Positions 13,978-31,590 of a stretch of 64,000 nucleotides of DNA are shown here, one piece after another. This stretch comes from the human T2T-CHM13v2.0 reference genome, Homo sapiens, in the NCBI RefSeq assembly GCF_009914755.1, contig NC_060932.1; one strand, 5' to 3'. The translations under genes were made by a program, and so were the position numbers. Below the pieces are notes generated by a model. That model was given only the letters and a program-made list of their open reading frames with translations, did no database searches and was not told the origin of the DNA. The number at the start of each line of letters is the position of its first letter. Within the stretch, counting starts at the first letter, position 1.

Positions 13978-15282
13978 AGGTGAACTCACTTAGGTGTGGA
14001 AACTAGTTAAGAGGCCGTGAATTCCTTGCTGCAGCAGCTAGAGTGAGGTGTCTGCCCAGCAGACCTGGAATTCTTCCATTTATAATTACCAAGCAGCATC
14101 CTTGTAGTCTGTCCACCCCTTTCATTGACAGGGATTCCACGATCTATTAGACAACCCCGGAATCCTGCGAGTCTAAACCCTCCGATAACAACTTAGTTCT
14201 TATGGCTTTAGTGATCATTGTGCCCTCCTCGCCTGTGGTGGTCAGGGTTGCTGCCTGTCCTCCAGTACACTAGGATCCCATTTCCCCACCAAAGCCAGGG
14301 AGCGTTGGTTCTTCTGCAGCGTTTCCCTCTATCATCATCGGCTTATGGAGAAGAGCTACTGCAGACCTTTAAAAGATGCCGATTACTGCCTTTCCCACCA
14401 ACAAATGTCTTCCCCTCTCATCAATGAATTACTTAATTTCCTAATGTCTTGGTGAAGGCAGTGTCCTCAGGTCCTTCTAGTGGGTAAGGGTAGGAGTGGC
14501 TATGGAGGTCGCTCATAATATATCTGTTTCAACATCTCCACCTCACTGAGCTTTTGGATTCCTTCTTCTACAGTAAACCAGAGGATTTTTAGCATGTTAA
14601 CCTCATTGACTGCTTCTCACTCTTGAGTCCAGGCTTCAGTTAACCAATCCAGTAGACTGGTAACACTACTCCCTGGCACTGAAGCCAGTTTATTAAATTC
14701 TAATTCTGGGTTACACATACCCATATCAATACATGCAGTCCAAACAGCTTTATATATTTCAGTTTCCTGGTGCCATGCCCTTCAAATTGCTCCCATACAT
14801 ATCCTTCAGAATCCTGTAGGGGACATTGCACTTCCTTGTCCTATCTCTGTTAGGCTCAAACTCTCATCATGAACTTGGAGACAAGAATGGTTGAGGGTCT
14901 GGCCAGGTCCTGAGCATAAGAAACATTCATTTTTGAAGCAACTACCCCCGGTACAATCATTGAAAATTTTTTTCTGCCCCAGGAAAAAGGCAGCGAAACT
15001 CAGAGTGGAGAGGGATTGATTCCGCTTTCAAGGAAGGTCCAAAAAGATCTGGGGGTTCAACACACTCAACCTCATTTCTGATTGCTCAGATGACCTCTTC
15101 CCTATCTCAGGCTTCCCCTCCTTCATCACCAACCAATACCCTTATCGTGGTGAACAGACATGACAGTGCTGACCACTTAGTGGGTTTTTCAACTCTATGT
15201 CTCCTAAAAACAGGCTTGCTCTTGGGCCTCAGCTATTTATTCTGTTACTGCGTAAGACAAAGGACTCTTAACCAATCTACCT

Positions 15283-15654
15283 ACCTTCCTTCCTTCCTTC
15301 CTTCCTTCCTTCCTTCCTTCCTTCCTTCCTTCCTTCCTTCCTTCCTTCCTTCCTTCTTTCTTTCCTACTGAGACAGAATCTCATTCTGTCACCCAGGCTG
15401 GAGTGCAGTGGTACAATCATGGCTCACTGCAGCCTTGAATTCTTGGGCTCAAGCAATCCTCCCACCTCAGCCTCCTGAGTAGCTGGGACCACAGGTATGC
15501 ACCACCATAACTGACTAATTAAAAACTTTTTTTTTTTTTTTTTGGTAGAGCCAGGGTCTACATTGCCTAGGCTGGTTTTGAACTCCTGGGCTCAAGTGAG
15601 CCTCCTGCCTTCCCAAGGTGTTGGGATTACAGGTGTGAGCCACTGTGCCTGGCC
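15283..15654 (-). mobile_element. AluJ with (TTCC)n tail (15283-15365)
   Basis: Alu consensus; tail replaced by a CCTT microsatellite. Confidence 0.9.
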
Positions 15655-16622
15655 TGGTTTTCTATGTTTGTTTTGAGTTGAATGATTACCAACTCCAATT
15701 TCTTCTTTCCCCTAGGTATCCTCTCTAGGGAAATCAGAAAAAGCCAGCTGGTCCCATAATCTTTATAATCAGCCCTACATGTTTTATAAGTACTGTTGTT
15801 GCCATAGCAATGATATATCCCAGACAGTTTATTTTTCAGCAACTTGCCTCCTACCTGCAGTTCATCCCATCCCTACCTGTGATAATCTAAGTAATGGTGA
15901 TGCCAACACATGCCATGGGTTACTAGAACCCCACTTCCTTTTAACAAGGAGTTTAACAAGGAGGTTATTTGCGAGCTTCTCAAATATGTATGATAAGCTC
16001 AACCAAGAATCCCGTTTTGAAAGTCTTTTTCCTAGTTTCACTCTAGGCAACAATGACTCTATCAGTCAGGGTCCTGTCAAGAAACAAATGGCATGCCCAA
16101 ACTAGTTATTTGGAAGAGGATTTAATAGGGGACTATGTCTAGAGGTGCAGGTAAGGTTTGAGGAAGCTAGCTGATGCTATTATAGGACTACAGGTTAGTA
16201 ACTGTGGGAAGTTGACAGCACCGGCTGGAAGAGGCAATGGGAGGATGGTCCTGGATCTGGAGAGGCAAGCTCTGGGCAGATACCTGCCTGTCAAAGCTTG
16301 GCCTTTGGGAGAAGGAGGAAGCTACTCAAAGGAGGTAGCAGGGAAAACAAACCCTTTGACCTTTTTTATTTTCATTTTTGTTTTTTACTTTTTCTTTTCT
16401 CTTTCTTTTTTTTTTAAATTATACCTTAAGTTTTAGGGTACATGTGCACAATGTGCAGGTTAGTTACATAAGTATACATGTGCCATGCTGGTGTGCTGCA
16501 CCCATTAACTCATCATTTAACATTAGATATACCTCCTAATGCTATCCCTCCCCTCTCCCCTGACCCCACAACAGGCCCCGGTGTGTGATGTTCCTCTTCC
16601 TGTGTCCATGTGTTCTCATTGT

Positions 16623-20461
<3,839 letters not shown>

Positions 20462-20509
20462 TTATTTTGCACATTAGTGAATGTAGTTTCTTCCTAGCAT
20501 CAATGGTCT

Positions 20510-21526
20510 TTACAATTTGTCATGTTTTTGCAGTGGCTGGTACCAGTTGTTCCTTTCCATGTTTAGTGCTTCCTTCAGGAGCTCTTGTAGGGCAGGCCTG
20601 GTGGTGACAAAATCTCTCAGCATTTGCTTGTCCGTAAAGGATTTTATTTCTCCTTCACTTATGAAGCTTAGTTTGGCAGGATATGAAAATCTGGGTTGAA
20701 AATTCTTTTCTTTAAGAATGTTGAATATTGGCCCCCACTCTCTTCTGGCTTGTAGAGTTTCTGCTGAGAGATCAGCTGTTAGTCTGAAGGACTTCCCTTT
20801 GTGGGTAACCCAACCTTTCTCTCTGGCTGCCCTTAACATTTTTTCCTTCATTTCAACTTTGGTGAATCTGACAATTATTTGTCTTGGAGTTGCTTTTCTC
20901 GAGGAGTATCTTTGTGGTGTTCTCTGTATTTCCTGAATCTGAATGTTGGCCTGCCTTGCTAGATTGGGGAAGTTCTCCTGGATAATATCCTGCGGAGTGT
21001 TTTCCAACTTGGTTCCATTCTCCCCGTCGACTTCAGGTACACCAATCAGACGTAGATTTGGTTTTTTCACATAGTCCCATATTTCTTGGAGGCTTTGTTC
21101 ATTTCTTTTTATTTTTTTTTCTCTAAACTTCTCTTCTCATTTCATTTCATTCATTTGATCTTCCATCACTGATATCCTTTCTTCCAGTTGATCGAATCGG
21201 CTGCTGAGACTTGTGCATTCATCACGTAGTTCTTGTGCCATGGTTTTCAGCTCCATCAGGTTTTTTAAGGACTTCTCTGCATTGGTTATTCTAGTTAGCC
21301 ATTCGTCTAATCTTTTTTCAAGGTTTTTAACTTCTTTGCCATGGGTTCGAACTTCCTCCTTTAGCTCGGAGTAGTTTGATAGTCTGAAGCCTTCTTCTCT
21401 CAACTCGTCATAGTCATTCTCCATCCAGCTTTGTTCCGTTGCTGGTGAGGAGCTGAGTTCCTTTGGAGGAGGAGAGGCACTCTGATTTTTAGAGTTTCCA
21501 GGTTTTCTGCTTTGTTTTTTCCCCAT
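20510..21526 (-). pseudogene. Disrupted L1 ORF1p
   Basis: MGKKQSRKPGNSKNQSAS... broken by a stop at 21137; the C-terminal part (NLRLIGVPE, YPAKLS) is a separate ORF. Confidence 0.93.
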
Positions 21527-22693
21527 CTTTATGGTTTTATCTACCCTTGGTCTTTGATGATGGTGACGTACCGATGGGGTTTCGGTATGGATGTCCTTTC
21601 TGTTTGTTAGTTTTCCTTCTAACAGTCAGGACCCTCAGCTGCAGGTCTGTTGGAGTTTGCTGGAGGTCCACTCCAGACCCTGTTTGCTTGGGTATCAGCA
21701 GCAGAGGCTGCAGAACAGCAGATATTGGTGAGCAGCAAATGTTGCTGCCTGATCGTTCCTCTGGAAGTTTTGTCTCAGAGGAGTACTCAGCCGTGTGAGG
21801 TATCAGTCTGCCCCTACTGAGGGGTGCTTCCCAGTTAGGCTACTCGGGGGTCAGGGACGCACTTGAGGAGGCAGTCTGTCCATTCTCAGATCTCCAGCTG
21901 CGTGCTGGGAGAACCACTACTCTCTTCAAAGCTGTCAGACAGGGACATTTAAGTCTGCAGAGGATTCTGCTGCCTTTTGTTTGGCTATGCCCTGCCCCCA
22001 GAGGTGGAGTCTACAGAGGCAGGCAGGCCTCCTTGAGCTGCGGTGGGCTCCACCCAGTTCGAGCTTCCTGGCTGCTTTGTTTACCTACTCAAGCCTCGGA
22101 AATGGTGGGCGCCCTCCCCTAGCCTTGCTGCCGCCCTGCAGTTTGATCTCAGACTGCTGTGCTAGCAATGAGCATGGCTCCGTGGCTCCGTGGGCATAGG
22201 TCCCTCTGAGCCAGGCACAGGATATAACCTCCTGGTGTGCCATTTTTAAGCCCGTTAGAAAAGCACAGTATTAGGGTGGGAGTGACCTGATTTTCCAGGT
22301 GCCATCTGTTACCCCTTTCTTTGACTAGGAAAGGGAATTCCCTGACCCCTTGCACTTCCCGGGTGAGGCGATGCCTCGTCCTGCTTTGGCTTACTCTCAG
22401 TGCATTGCACCCACTGTTCTGCATCCACTTCCCTACAGTACCCAGTGAGATGAACCCAGTATCTCAGTTGGAAATGCAGAAATCACCCGTCTTCTGCGTT
22501 GCTCACGCTGGGAGCTGTAGACTGGAGCTGTTCCTATTCGGCCATCTTGGCTCCACCCCGCCCCCCCCCCCACAGACCTTTTCTCTCTCTTTCTTTTTTC
22601 TCTGTCTCTCTTTCTTTCTTTCATATTTATTCTGTTTATTGGCAGTGTGTAGTTTATTTGTGCTAATTAACTGCCTAGGGCCCTTTGTCCATC

Positions 22694-22970
22694 TTTCTTT
22701 TTTTATTTTTATTTAATTTTACTTTAAGTTCTGGGATACATGTGCTGAATGTATATGTTTGTTACATAGGTATACATGTGCCGTGGTGGTTTGCTGCACC
22801 TATCAACTCCTCAATCTAGGTTTTAAACCCCACATGCATTCGGTATTTGTCCTAATGCTCTCCCTCCCCTTGCCCTCTACCCCTCGACAGGCCCCGGTAT
22901 GTGATGTTCCCTTCCCTGTGTCCATGTGTTTTCATAGTTCAAGTCCCACTTATGAGTGAGAACATGCAGT
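22694..22970 (-). mobile_element. Older 5'-truncated L1PA 3' UTR fragment
   Basis: 'actttaagttctgggatacatgtg...gagaacatgcagt' with T-rich tail 22694-22715. Confidence 0.88.
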
Positions 22971-23238
22971 GGCAAACCCCTTTTTATTTCTCTCCCCTAT
23001 TACTCCCGAGTGCCTTCCACTGGTCACATCCTCTCACAAGCCAGAAGACAAAGGATCCCATTGATGTTGTCTCATGGGGGTCAATCTCCTGAGCTCAATT
23101 GGTATGGGGAAAGATTGAGAGTAAATATAATAGAACAAGTAGAAGATATCCAGCCTAGGCCCTAACTGCAACATGGTGTCAAGTGCTGGCCTGCCTGGTA
23201 GACATGAGTGTCAAATTTCTTCCAGATTTATGATATGT

Positions 23239-23625
23239 GGTTGACCCTTGAACAACACAAGTTTGAGCTGTGAGGGTCCACTCATAATTGAATTTCCTTC
23301 TGCCTCTGTCACCCCGAGACAGCAAAACCAACCCCTCTTCCTCTTCCTCTTCTGCATACTCAATGTGAAGACAATGAGCGTGAAGACCTGTAGGATGATC
23401 CACTTCCACTTAATGAATGGTAATTACATTTTCTCTTTCTTAGGATTTTCTTAGTAACATTTTCTTTTTTCTAGCTTGCTTTATTGTAAGAACACAGTAT
23501 ATAATACATATAATGCACAAAATCTGTTAATGGACTGTTCATGTTATTAGTAAGGCTTCTAGTCAGACTACTAGTAGTTAGGATTTTGGAGAGTCAAAAA
23601 TTACATGTGGATTTTTGACTGCATG
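23239..23625 (+). mobile_element. Tigger2a (TcMar-Tigger) DNA transposon, right TIR missing
   Basis: Left TIR 'gttgacccttgaacaacac' and internal 'gatgatccacttccacttaatgaat'; runs directly into an Alu arm. Confidence 0.85.
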
Positions 23626-23760
23626 TGCAGTGGCTCATGCCTGTAATCCCAGCACTTCGGGAGGCTGAGGCGGATGATCACTTGAGCCTCAGGAGTTCGA
23701 GGCCAGCCTGGGCAACATAGGGAGACCCTGTCTCTACAAAAACAAAACAAAACAAAACAA
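23626..23760 (+). mobile_element. Alu left arm / FLAM
   Basis: Single arm with (AAAAC)n tail. Confidence 0.82.
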
Positions 23761-24953
23761 TCATACAAACCTCAACAACCCTCCACCACCAAAAGATATC
23801 CAGATAGCAATGTAGAAGAGACTGCCTTTGGAAACAGGAGAGAGAATCGGGAATTCAGGAGTGGGTTCCAGGCTAGAGAAGTAGATTGGGATTGGAGCTG
23901 TTCTTGTGAAGTGTATAGAGGTGGAAGTTAGGCTATTTTTTTTTTTCCAGAAATGTCCTAGGAATAAGGCAAACTAGAAAAGCTCTATATCTCAGGTGAG
24001 AGGAGCTACTGTTCTTCTTCTGCTCAGGAGCCAAAAGCAGGAGGGAAAGGGCACTTTGCGGGGATATGAGGGGCACACTTCAGTCACCGTTTGGTCTTAG
24101 GCTATTCCAGATAGTGCAGTTCCAGGAGGCCCTGAGCTGCTTCCCAGGGTGGCTACAGCAGAGGGTGATTCACTTGTGTGACAGCCCAGTGTAGAGGCAG
24201 GAAGTGCTGCCTCCCTCCAGGGCTGTAATTAGCAGAGGCTTTCTTGCCTTTTGTCATGATAAATGGTGCCTGCCAGGGCTTTCCTTGTGCTTAATCTATG
24301 AGAGAAATGAGTGACTCACGCCCTTTTCTGGGGCCACTTTTAAGGCACTCAAGCTTTCTTAAGCAGATTCCAGGGGAACCCCTCAGACTCCATCTGAAAG
24401 TCATCTTTATTTCTGAACGACTCATTCTCTTTCAAACAAGTTCCCACTTCTTGGGGAAAAGCAGGCTTCTGCCTTTTACTGCTTGTTTCTTAGGCTTCTT
24501 TGTGGATGTCTCCTATTTTCCAGGGTGTTTACGTAGCATAGACTAATGTTCTCTCAGATAGTGGTAAGTCACCAACCTCCACATCTTTGAAACCCACCAA
24601 TTGTTCAATAGCTTGTGAGTATCAATCCAAACTCCAAACGCTTTCCTGGGAAGGTCATGAGGAAAGCAATGAGAAGAGAATCTGTCTGCAGAACAAATTT
24701 CCATTTTGGCACTCACTCAGGGTCACCAGAAGGTTCACTTCCCAAGAGCGTTGGAACTTACGTTTCTTGGATGGACACTTTAGTCTCTGAACTGATGACT
24801 GGAAAAGTCTTCAGCAGATGTGACATTGTCCAGGCCATCTGCTTTAAGGTTTAACATGCCATACCTTACAAAGCCAGAACCTGTGATCTCGAGCAACACA
24901 CGGTTCGAGGTCACCTTCAGCTACCCCTGCTTGTTGCTTCAGAACAGCAGTTG

Positions 24954-25475
24954 TGTTACAGGAAAGGAGTCCTGATCCAGACCCCAAGAGAAGGTTCTTG
25001 GATCTTGCACAAGAAAGAATTCAAGGCGAGTCTGCAGTGCAAAGTAAAAGCAAGTTTATTAAGGAAGTAAAGTGGTGAAAGGACAGCTACTCCATAGACA
25101 GAGTAGGACGTTCCTGAAAGTAAGAGGAGGAATGTGTCCACCCTAGGTACAATACTTGTATATATGCAGAGATGTGTTCTGCTGCAAGGGTGATGTGATA
25201 AAGGATTAATTTTCTTAATTACTATATTCTGTAAGAATCAATATTATTATCTTTAAAGCAAAATTAGGAATGCCTTTGTTCTCCAGATATCGAAATATCT
25301 GGACACTCCCAAGTCTGGGTCTGTTTTAGTAAACATTATAAATTTGTTCCCTTAACCACAAACATCTAGAGGCTAGGAATACCTAATTTTCTGGGAACGC
25401 AGCCCAGCAAATCTCAGCCTCATTTTCCTAGCCCTCACTCAAAATTGAGTCGCTCTGGTTCGAATGCCTCTGAAA
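24954..25475 (-). mobile_element. ERV1 solo LTR (LTR15/MER41-like)
   Basis: Termini tgttacaggaaagg ... gcctctgaaa; AATAAA on minus; 4-bp TSD gttg at 24950-24953 and 25476-25479. Confidence 0.88.
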
Positions 25476-25530
25476 GTTGCAGCAGTGAAAACAGTAGCTT
25501 TGTTCCTTCTGACAGTGCTCTAAAATAGCT

Positions 25531-25838
25531 TTATTTTTATTTTATTACTATTTTTTGAGGTAGAGTCTTGCTCTGTTACCCAGGCTGGAGTGCAGTGACA
25601 CAACCATGGCTCACTCAGCCTTGACCTCCTGGGCTCAAAGTGATTCTCTCACTTGAGCCTACCAAGTAGCTGGGACTACGGGCACGTGCCACCACACCTG
25701 GCTAATTTTTGTATATTCTCTAGAGATGGGGTTTCGCCATGTTGTCCAGGCTAGTCTTGAACTCTTCAACTCAAGTGATATGACTGCCTCAGCCCCGCAA
25801 AGTGCTAGCATTACAGGCATGAGTCACTGTACCTGGCC
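25531..25838 (-). mobile_element. AluJ
   Basis: Alu consensus; TSD taaaatagcttta / taaaataacttta. Confidence 0.9.
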
Positions 25839-26136
25839 TAAAATAACTTTAAATAACATTTACTATTAAAAGTTTTAAAGTGGGAAAACGTCTTAAGGAG
25901 CTTCTTTTTAAGAGGCCATAGAAAGAAGTGAGGGTGGGAGATCCAGAACTTTGCTTTTTATTTTTATTTCTTTTAGCCTTTCACAGCAACAAGGTGGGAA
26001 CTATCCTTCAGGTCTTTCTCAGTTTCCGTGAGGCTCAGAATGGTGGGCGTTTCTGCTAGTGGAGTGTTACTGTGACGAAGCTCTCCAGGGGAAGTTCCTG
26101 TTGTATCTTTAGTTGCAAAAAGTAGAGTTACATATA

Positions 26137-26418
26137 TTTTCTTTTTCTTTTTTTCTTTCTTTCTTTTTTTTTTTGAGACAGGGTCTTGCCGTGTTGCCCA
26201 AGCTGGAGTGCAGTGGTGTGTTCATAGCTCACTGTATCCTTGAACTTCTTGGGTCAAATGATCCTCCTGCTGTAGCCTCCTGAGCAACTGGGACTACAGT
26301 TGCATGCCACCATACCTAGCTAATCAAAAATTGTTTCTTTGTGGAAACAAGGTCTTGCTATGTTGCCCAGGCTGGTCTGGAACTCCTGGCCTCAAGCAAT
26401 CCTCCTGCCTTGGCCTTC
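26137..26418 (-). mobile_element. AluJ
   Basis: Alu consensus, 5' end truncated. Confidence 0.88.
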
Positions 26419-26767
26419 CTATATTTTCTTACACCTAAAATCCAAAAACATTTTATCTGAGATGACTGCCAGCAGTGGAGGATAAGAGAGATGAATTTTC
26501 TATTCTTGTCAGAGGTCCTAGTTCATTATTAGTTCTTATTTTTTAGTTGATAGAAGCAGGTTTCACTTTAAGATAATATCTTAGGAAATAAAGATAGAAA
26601 TTTATCAATGGTATAAATTTAGGGGCATCATTGTATCACAAACTATAGGTGTTTGCTTTCAAAAAAAACCTTCTTGTGAGACCACTTAAAATTATTTGTT
26701 TGTAACTTGATTTACACGCATGCGGATATAACTAACATATAGCTTAAGAATTACTTCTATTCTGCTA

Positions 26768-27074
<307 letters not shown>

Positions 27075-27616
27075 AAGGTAGTCAGACTACTTATGATTGT
27101 AAGAGCATCAATGTTTAAATATTAACTTTATTGTTTTATACCCAATCCTATGATATCTAAAATGCAAGTTTTATGTTAACCAGTTAACAAGTTGCAAAAG
27201 AGATTACTTTTCCTGGGTTCCTCAGCCCAGAATAGTTCAAACCATGGTGTTATTTTCATAAGCAGGCTTAAAGATCCTACCTCCAGCATGTGATTGACTA
27301 CTAGGAAGTGAGTGAAGTCAAGTCCTGAGTGTTTTGCACTGATGTACAATGGTTGAGGGAGTTGGCTGCGAGTGGCTGGCAAGTTCCATGGATATCTGTG
27401 TGTTACTCATGGAAAACATGGAAGGAACCTAGCTGTATGAAGGTACCAGGAGGAATCAAGATCATAATTGTCTTCTCATACCAGATGGCAGTCACGTCTT
27501 TGCAAGTGGATGGGACATGAGGAAGGAGTTGAGGTGGTGGATGGATGCGCGATTGGGAACAGTTGGTGTAGGATTATTCCTGTGTGTGTCCTGGTTATTG
27601 CACATGGTTGTGTGAC

Positions 27617-27903
<287 letters not shown>

Positions 27904-28501
27904 GGTTGTGTGACTTTTTATGTTTAGAGGGTTTATTGCTTTGAAGGGCTCTTAGAGTGTTGTGTTTAGCATTTTTCCTTTCCCCTGTCTCACAGTAAAA
28001 GCCTCAATATGAAGATTCTCATCTAACAGGTATCCTTTCCAAGTGACCCCATCTCCTACATGGAGAAAGACACTTTCTACGTTGTCTTGGAACTTCCATC
28101 AGAGTTTTGGGAAAACTTTATGTGAAGTCTAAAGCTAACAGAAAACCTCTTCCGGTGAGAAGTTTTTGGTTATAAGAAGTAATCTAGGACACTAAATTGA
28201 GAGCTATTGGTTATATGGAAAAAATGTGGTCTGACTTATTGATGAAGATGAGGGACCTATGATTTGAGTATTCAGTGAGGTTAAAAAAACACCACTCAGC
28301 TGGGCGCCATGTCTCACACCTGTCATCTTAGCACTTTGGGAGGCTGAGGTAGGAGGATTGTTGAGCCCATGAGGTCCAGACCAGCCAGGGAAGCAAAGTG
28401 GGGCCTCATCTGTATAAAAATAAAAAATTAGCTGGGTAGGGTGGTGCACCGGTAGTCCCAGCTACTTAGGAGGCTGAGGTGGGAGGATCCCTTAAGCCTA
28501 G

Positions 28502-29801
28502 TGTGTCCGGAATTGGTAGGGTCTTGGTCTCACTGACTTCAAGAATAAAGCCGCGGACCCTCGCAGTGAGTGTTACAGTTCTTAAAGGCGGCGTGTCTGG
28601 AGTTTGTTCCTTCTGATGTTCAGATGTGTTCAGAGTTTCTTCCTTCTGGTGGGTTCGTGGTCTCGCTGGCTTCAGGAGTGAAGTTGCAGACCTTCATGGT
28701 GAGTGCTACAGCTCATAAAGGCAGTGTGGACCCAATGAGTGAGCAGCAGCAAGATTTATTTTAAAGAGCGTAAGAACAAAGCTTCCAAAGTGTAGAAGGA
28801 GACCCCAGCGGGTTGCCACTGCTGGCTGGCACAGCCTGCTTTTATTCCCTTATCTGGCCCCACCCACATCCTGCTGATTGGTCCATTTTACAGAGAGCCG
28901 ATTGGTGTCTTTTACAGAGAGCTGATTGGTCCATTTTGACAGGGTGCTGATTGGTGCATTTACAGTCCCTGACCTAGACACAAAAGTTCTCCACCTCTCC
29001 ACTAGATTAGCTAGATACAGAGTGTCTATTGGTGCATTCACAATCCCTTAGCTAGACAAAGATTCTCCAAGTCCCCACCAGATTAACTAGATATAGAGTG
29101 CCGATTGGTGCATTTACAAACCCTGAGCTAGACACAGAGTGCTGACTGGTGTGTTTACAATCCCTTAGCTAGACTTTATAAAGGTTCTCCAAGTCCCCAC
29201 TAGACTCAGGAGCCCAGCTGGCTTCACCCAGTGGATCCCGCACCAGTGTGGCAGGTGGAGCTGCCTGCCAGTCCCAGCCGTTAGCCCGCACTCCTCAGCC
29301 CTTGGGTGGTCGATAGGACTGGGCTCTGTGGAGCAGGGAGCAGTGCTCGTTGGGGAGGCTCGGGCCGCGCAGGAGCCCACGGCATGGCGGGGGAGGCTCA
29401 GGCATGGTGGGCTGCAGGTCCCCAGCCCTGCCCCATGGGGAGACAGCTAAGGCCCAGTGAGAAATCGAGCACGGCAGCTGCTGGCCCAGGTGCTAAGCCC
29501 CTCACTGCCCAGGGCCGGTCGGGCGGCCGGCAGCTCCAAGTGCGGGGCCCACCGAGCCCACGCCCACCCGGAGCTCACGCTGGCCAGCAAGCGCCGCGCA
29601 CAGCCCCGGTTCCCGCTCCCGCCTCTCCCTCCACACCTCCCCGCAAGCTGAGGGAGCCGGCTCCGGCCTTGGCCAGCCCAGAAAGGGGCTCCCACAGTGC
29701 AGTGGTGGGCTGAAGGGCTCCTCAAGCGTGGCCAGAGTGGGCGCCAAGGCCGAGGAGGCGCCAAGAGTGAGCGAGGGCTGCCAGCAGGCTGTCATCTCTC
29801 A
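28502..29801 (-). mobile_element. ERV9 solo LTR (LTR12C/D/E group), 1300 bp
   Basis: TGAGAG...GGACACA termini, GC-rich U3, tandem CCAAT repeats, 4-bp TSD ctag at 28498-28501 and 29802-29805. Confidence 0.95.
28840..29110 (-). promoter_or_regulatory. LTR12 promoter: six CCAAT (NF-Y) boxes, GATA site and AATAAAA TATA-like box
   Basis: attgg on plus at 28877, 28901, 28925, 28950, 29028 and 29104; cttatct near 28850; ttttatt at 28840-28846. Confidence 0.7.
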
Positions 29802-31132
29802 CTAGGAGGTGGAGGCTGCAGTGAGCCGTGATCACTCCACTGCACTCCATCCTGAGTGACAGAGAGAGACTGTCTCAAAAAACCAAACCAAAACAAAACA
29901 AAAACACCATTCAGTGTGCTTAATGTTGCAAGAAGAAATAGAATAAAAAAAATTTGAAACACAATTTTGTGCATTTATCAGCACTAAAATGTTGATTGGT
30001 ATAATTAAGTATGTAAATGAAATTGGTGGGATTTAAATATTTTGTAGCTCTGTGTACGTGAATGTGTCCATGTCTGTGTGTTTGTGCATGGTGAGTACAG
30101 TGAGTAGAATTTGGGCCTATAGATTAAAAAAACAAAAACAAAAACACAAAAACAAAAAAACACTGAGTTTCTCCCTGGGAAACTTTGTGAATGTGATTGA
30201 AGAATTGATTTATTTTTCACTTCTCAGTGATACACAATTTTTCTTTAAGCCTGATCGAGTTTCTGTTTGCTTTTCTTATAGAGTATTAAGGTTTAATTCC
30301 TGATCTTAGCTGTTGGATAAATGTGCCATTAACCCTGCTGTTTTATAGAATCAGGCCCGCCAGCTGTCCCTAATAGCTTTTCTCCCCAGTAGCCCCTTTG
30401 ATATCCTGAACCAACAGTGTGCTGTGTGTGTCCAGGACTTGTATTTTGAAATGCCGTGACACCTAGTCCTTTATTGGAAGAGAGGGCATTCTCACCAAGG
30501 TGGGGTGTTTGAAAGTCCAAGGAAGCAGATGTGCTGTGAGAAGCCCCATAGATATTAGTATGTCCATTTATAGAACACTTAGAGAGAACCCAGCTGTGTG
30601 AGGATGCCACTGTGGGCTGAATTATTAAAGGCAACAGTCAGATCCAATAAAGTGCAGGAACCCAAGACAGAAAAGCAGTTATGAAAGAATTATTGACCTA
30701 TCTAAAAAAAAAAAGGAAGGGAATCTGCAAATGCTAGCTTCCTGGGTCATGTCAGAGGTAAATAATCAGTTCGACTCCCTCTTCTTTGCAGAACTAAGGC
30801 TGCCCCTTGGTAGACTTGTGCCAAGCATGAGGATGGCCCAGGTCTCCATGCTACCTTCCCCTGAGAGCCTCTGCCTCTGTGGATAAGCCTTCTGAAGCAC
30901 TGGGCGCCTCAGGCTGCCTGCTGCCTGCTGACGATTCTACTGAAGGGTAGATTCATGTACCACTTTTTCCTACTTTAAACTCAATATTTCCCTGTCTAAT
31001 GACATATGTACTTTTTGAAGCTCTGCTAACTGCTCTACGTGAACAATCAAGTTAGTTCTTCTATGTGTGTTTCACAATGACTTATATTCTTCCCACAGGT
31101 ATAACATCTTAACTGTCAAAATGCACACTTCT

Positions 31133-31590
<458 letters not shown>

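Larger units (their letters stand above)
12810..16057 (-). mobile_element. Ancient ERVL internal region (gag-pro-pol remnants)
   Basis: Minus-strand translations EIVNHKQCYIP..IAAIIATIKYLRNAVII, MTTDCHK..QMVTPTTAA..VVSSLEKINTAPG and QYTFTI*PQGY match the ERVL RT; ERVL gag-like sequence at 14500-14740; interrupted by L1M and Alus. Confidence 0.8.
28299..29905 (+). mobile_element. AluJ split by LTR12 (28299-28501 and 29806-29905)
   Basis: Alu right arm resumes exactly after the LTR. Confidence 0.9.

Noticed and set aside
22102-22330. L1 antisense ORF0
   Set aside because: ATG GTG GGC GCC CTC CCC TAG stops after six codons; an 8-bp ggctccgt duplication also disrupts it
28870-29180. Regularly spaced repeats resembling an array
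   Set aside because: Standard LTR12 U3 CCAAT tandem repeats; no unique spacers, eukaryotic context, not CRISPR
29165-29795. GC-rich ORFs and CpG-island-like stretch
   Set aside because: Intrinsic to the LTR12 U3 region
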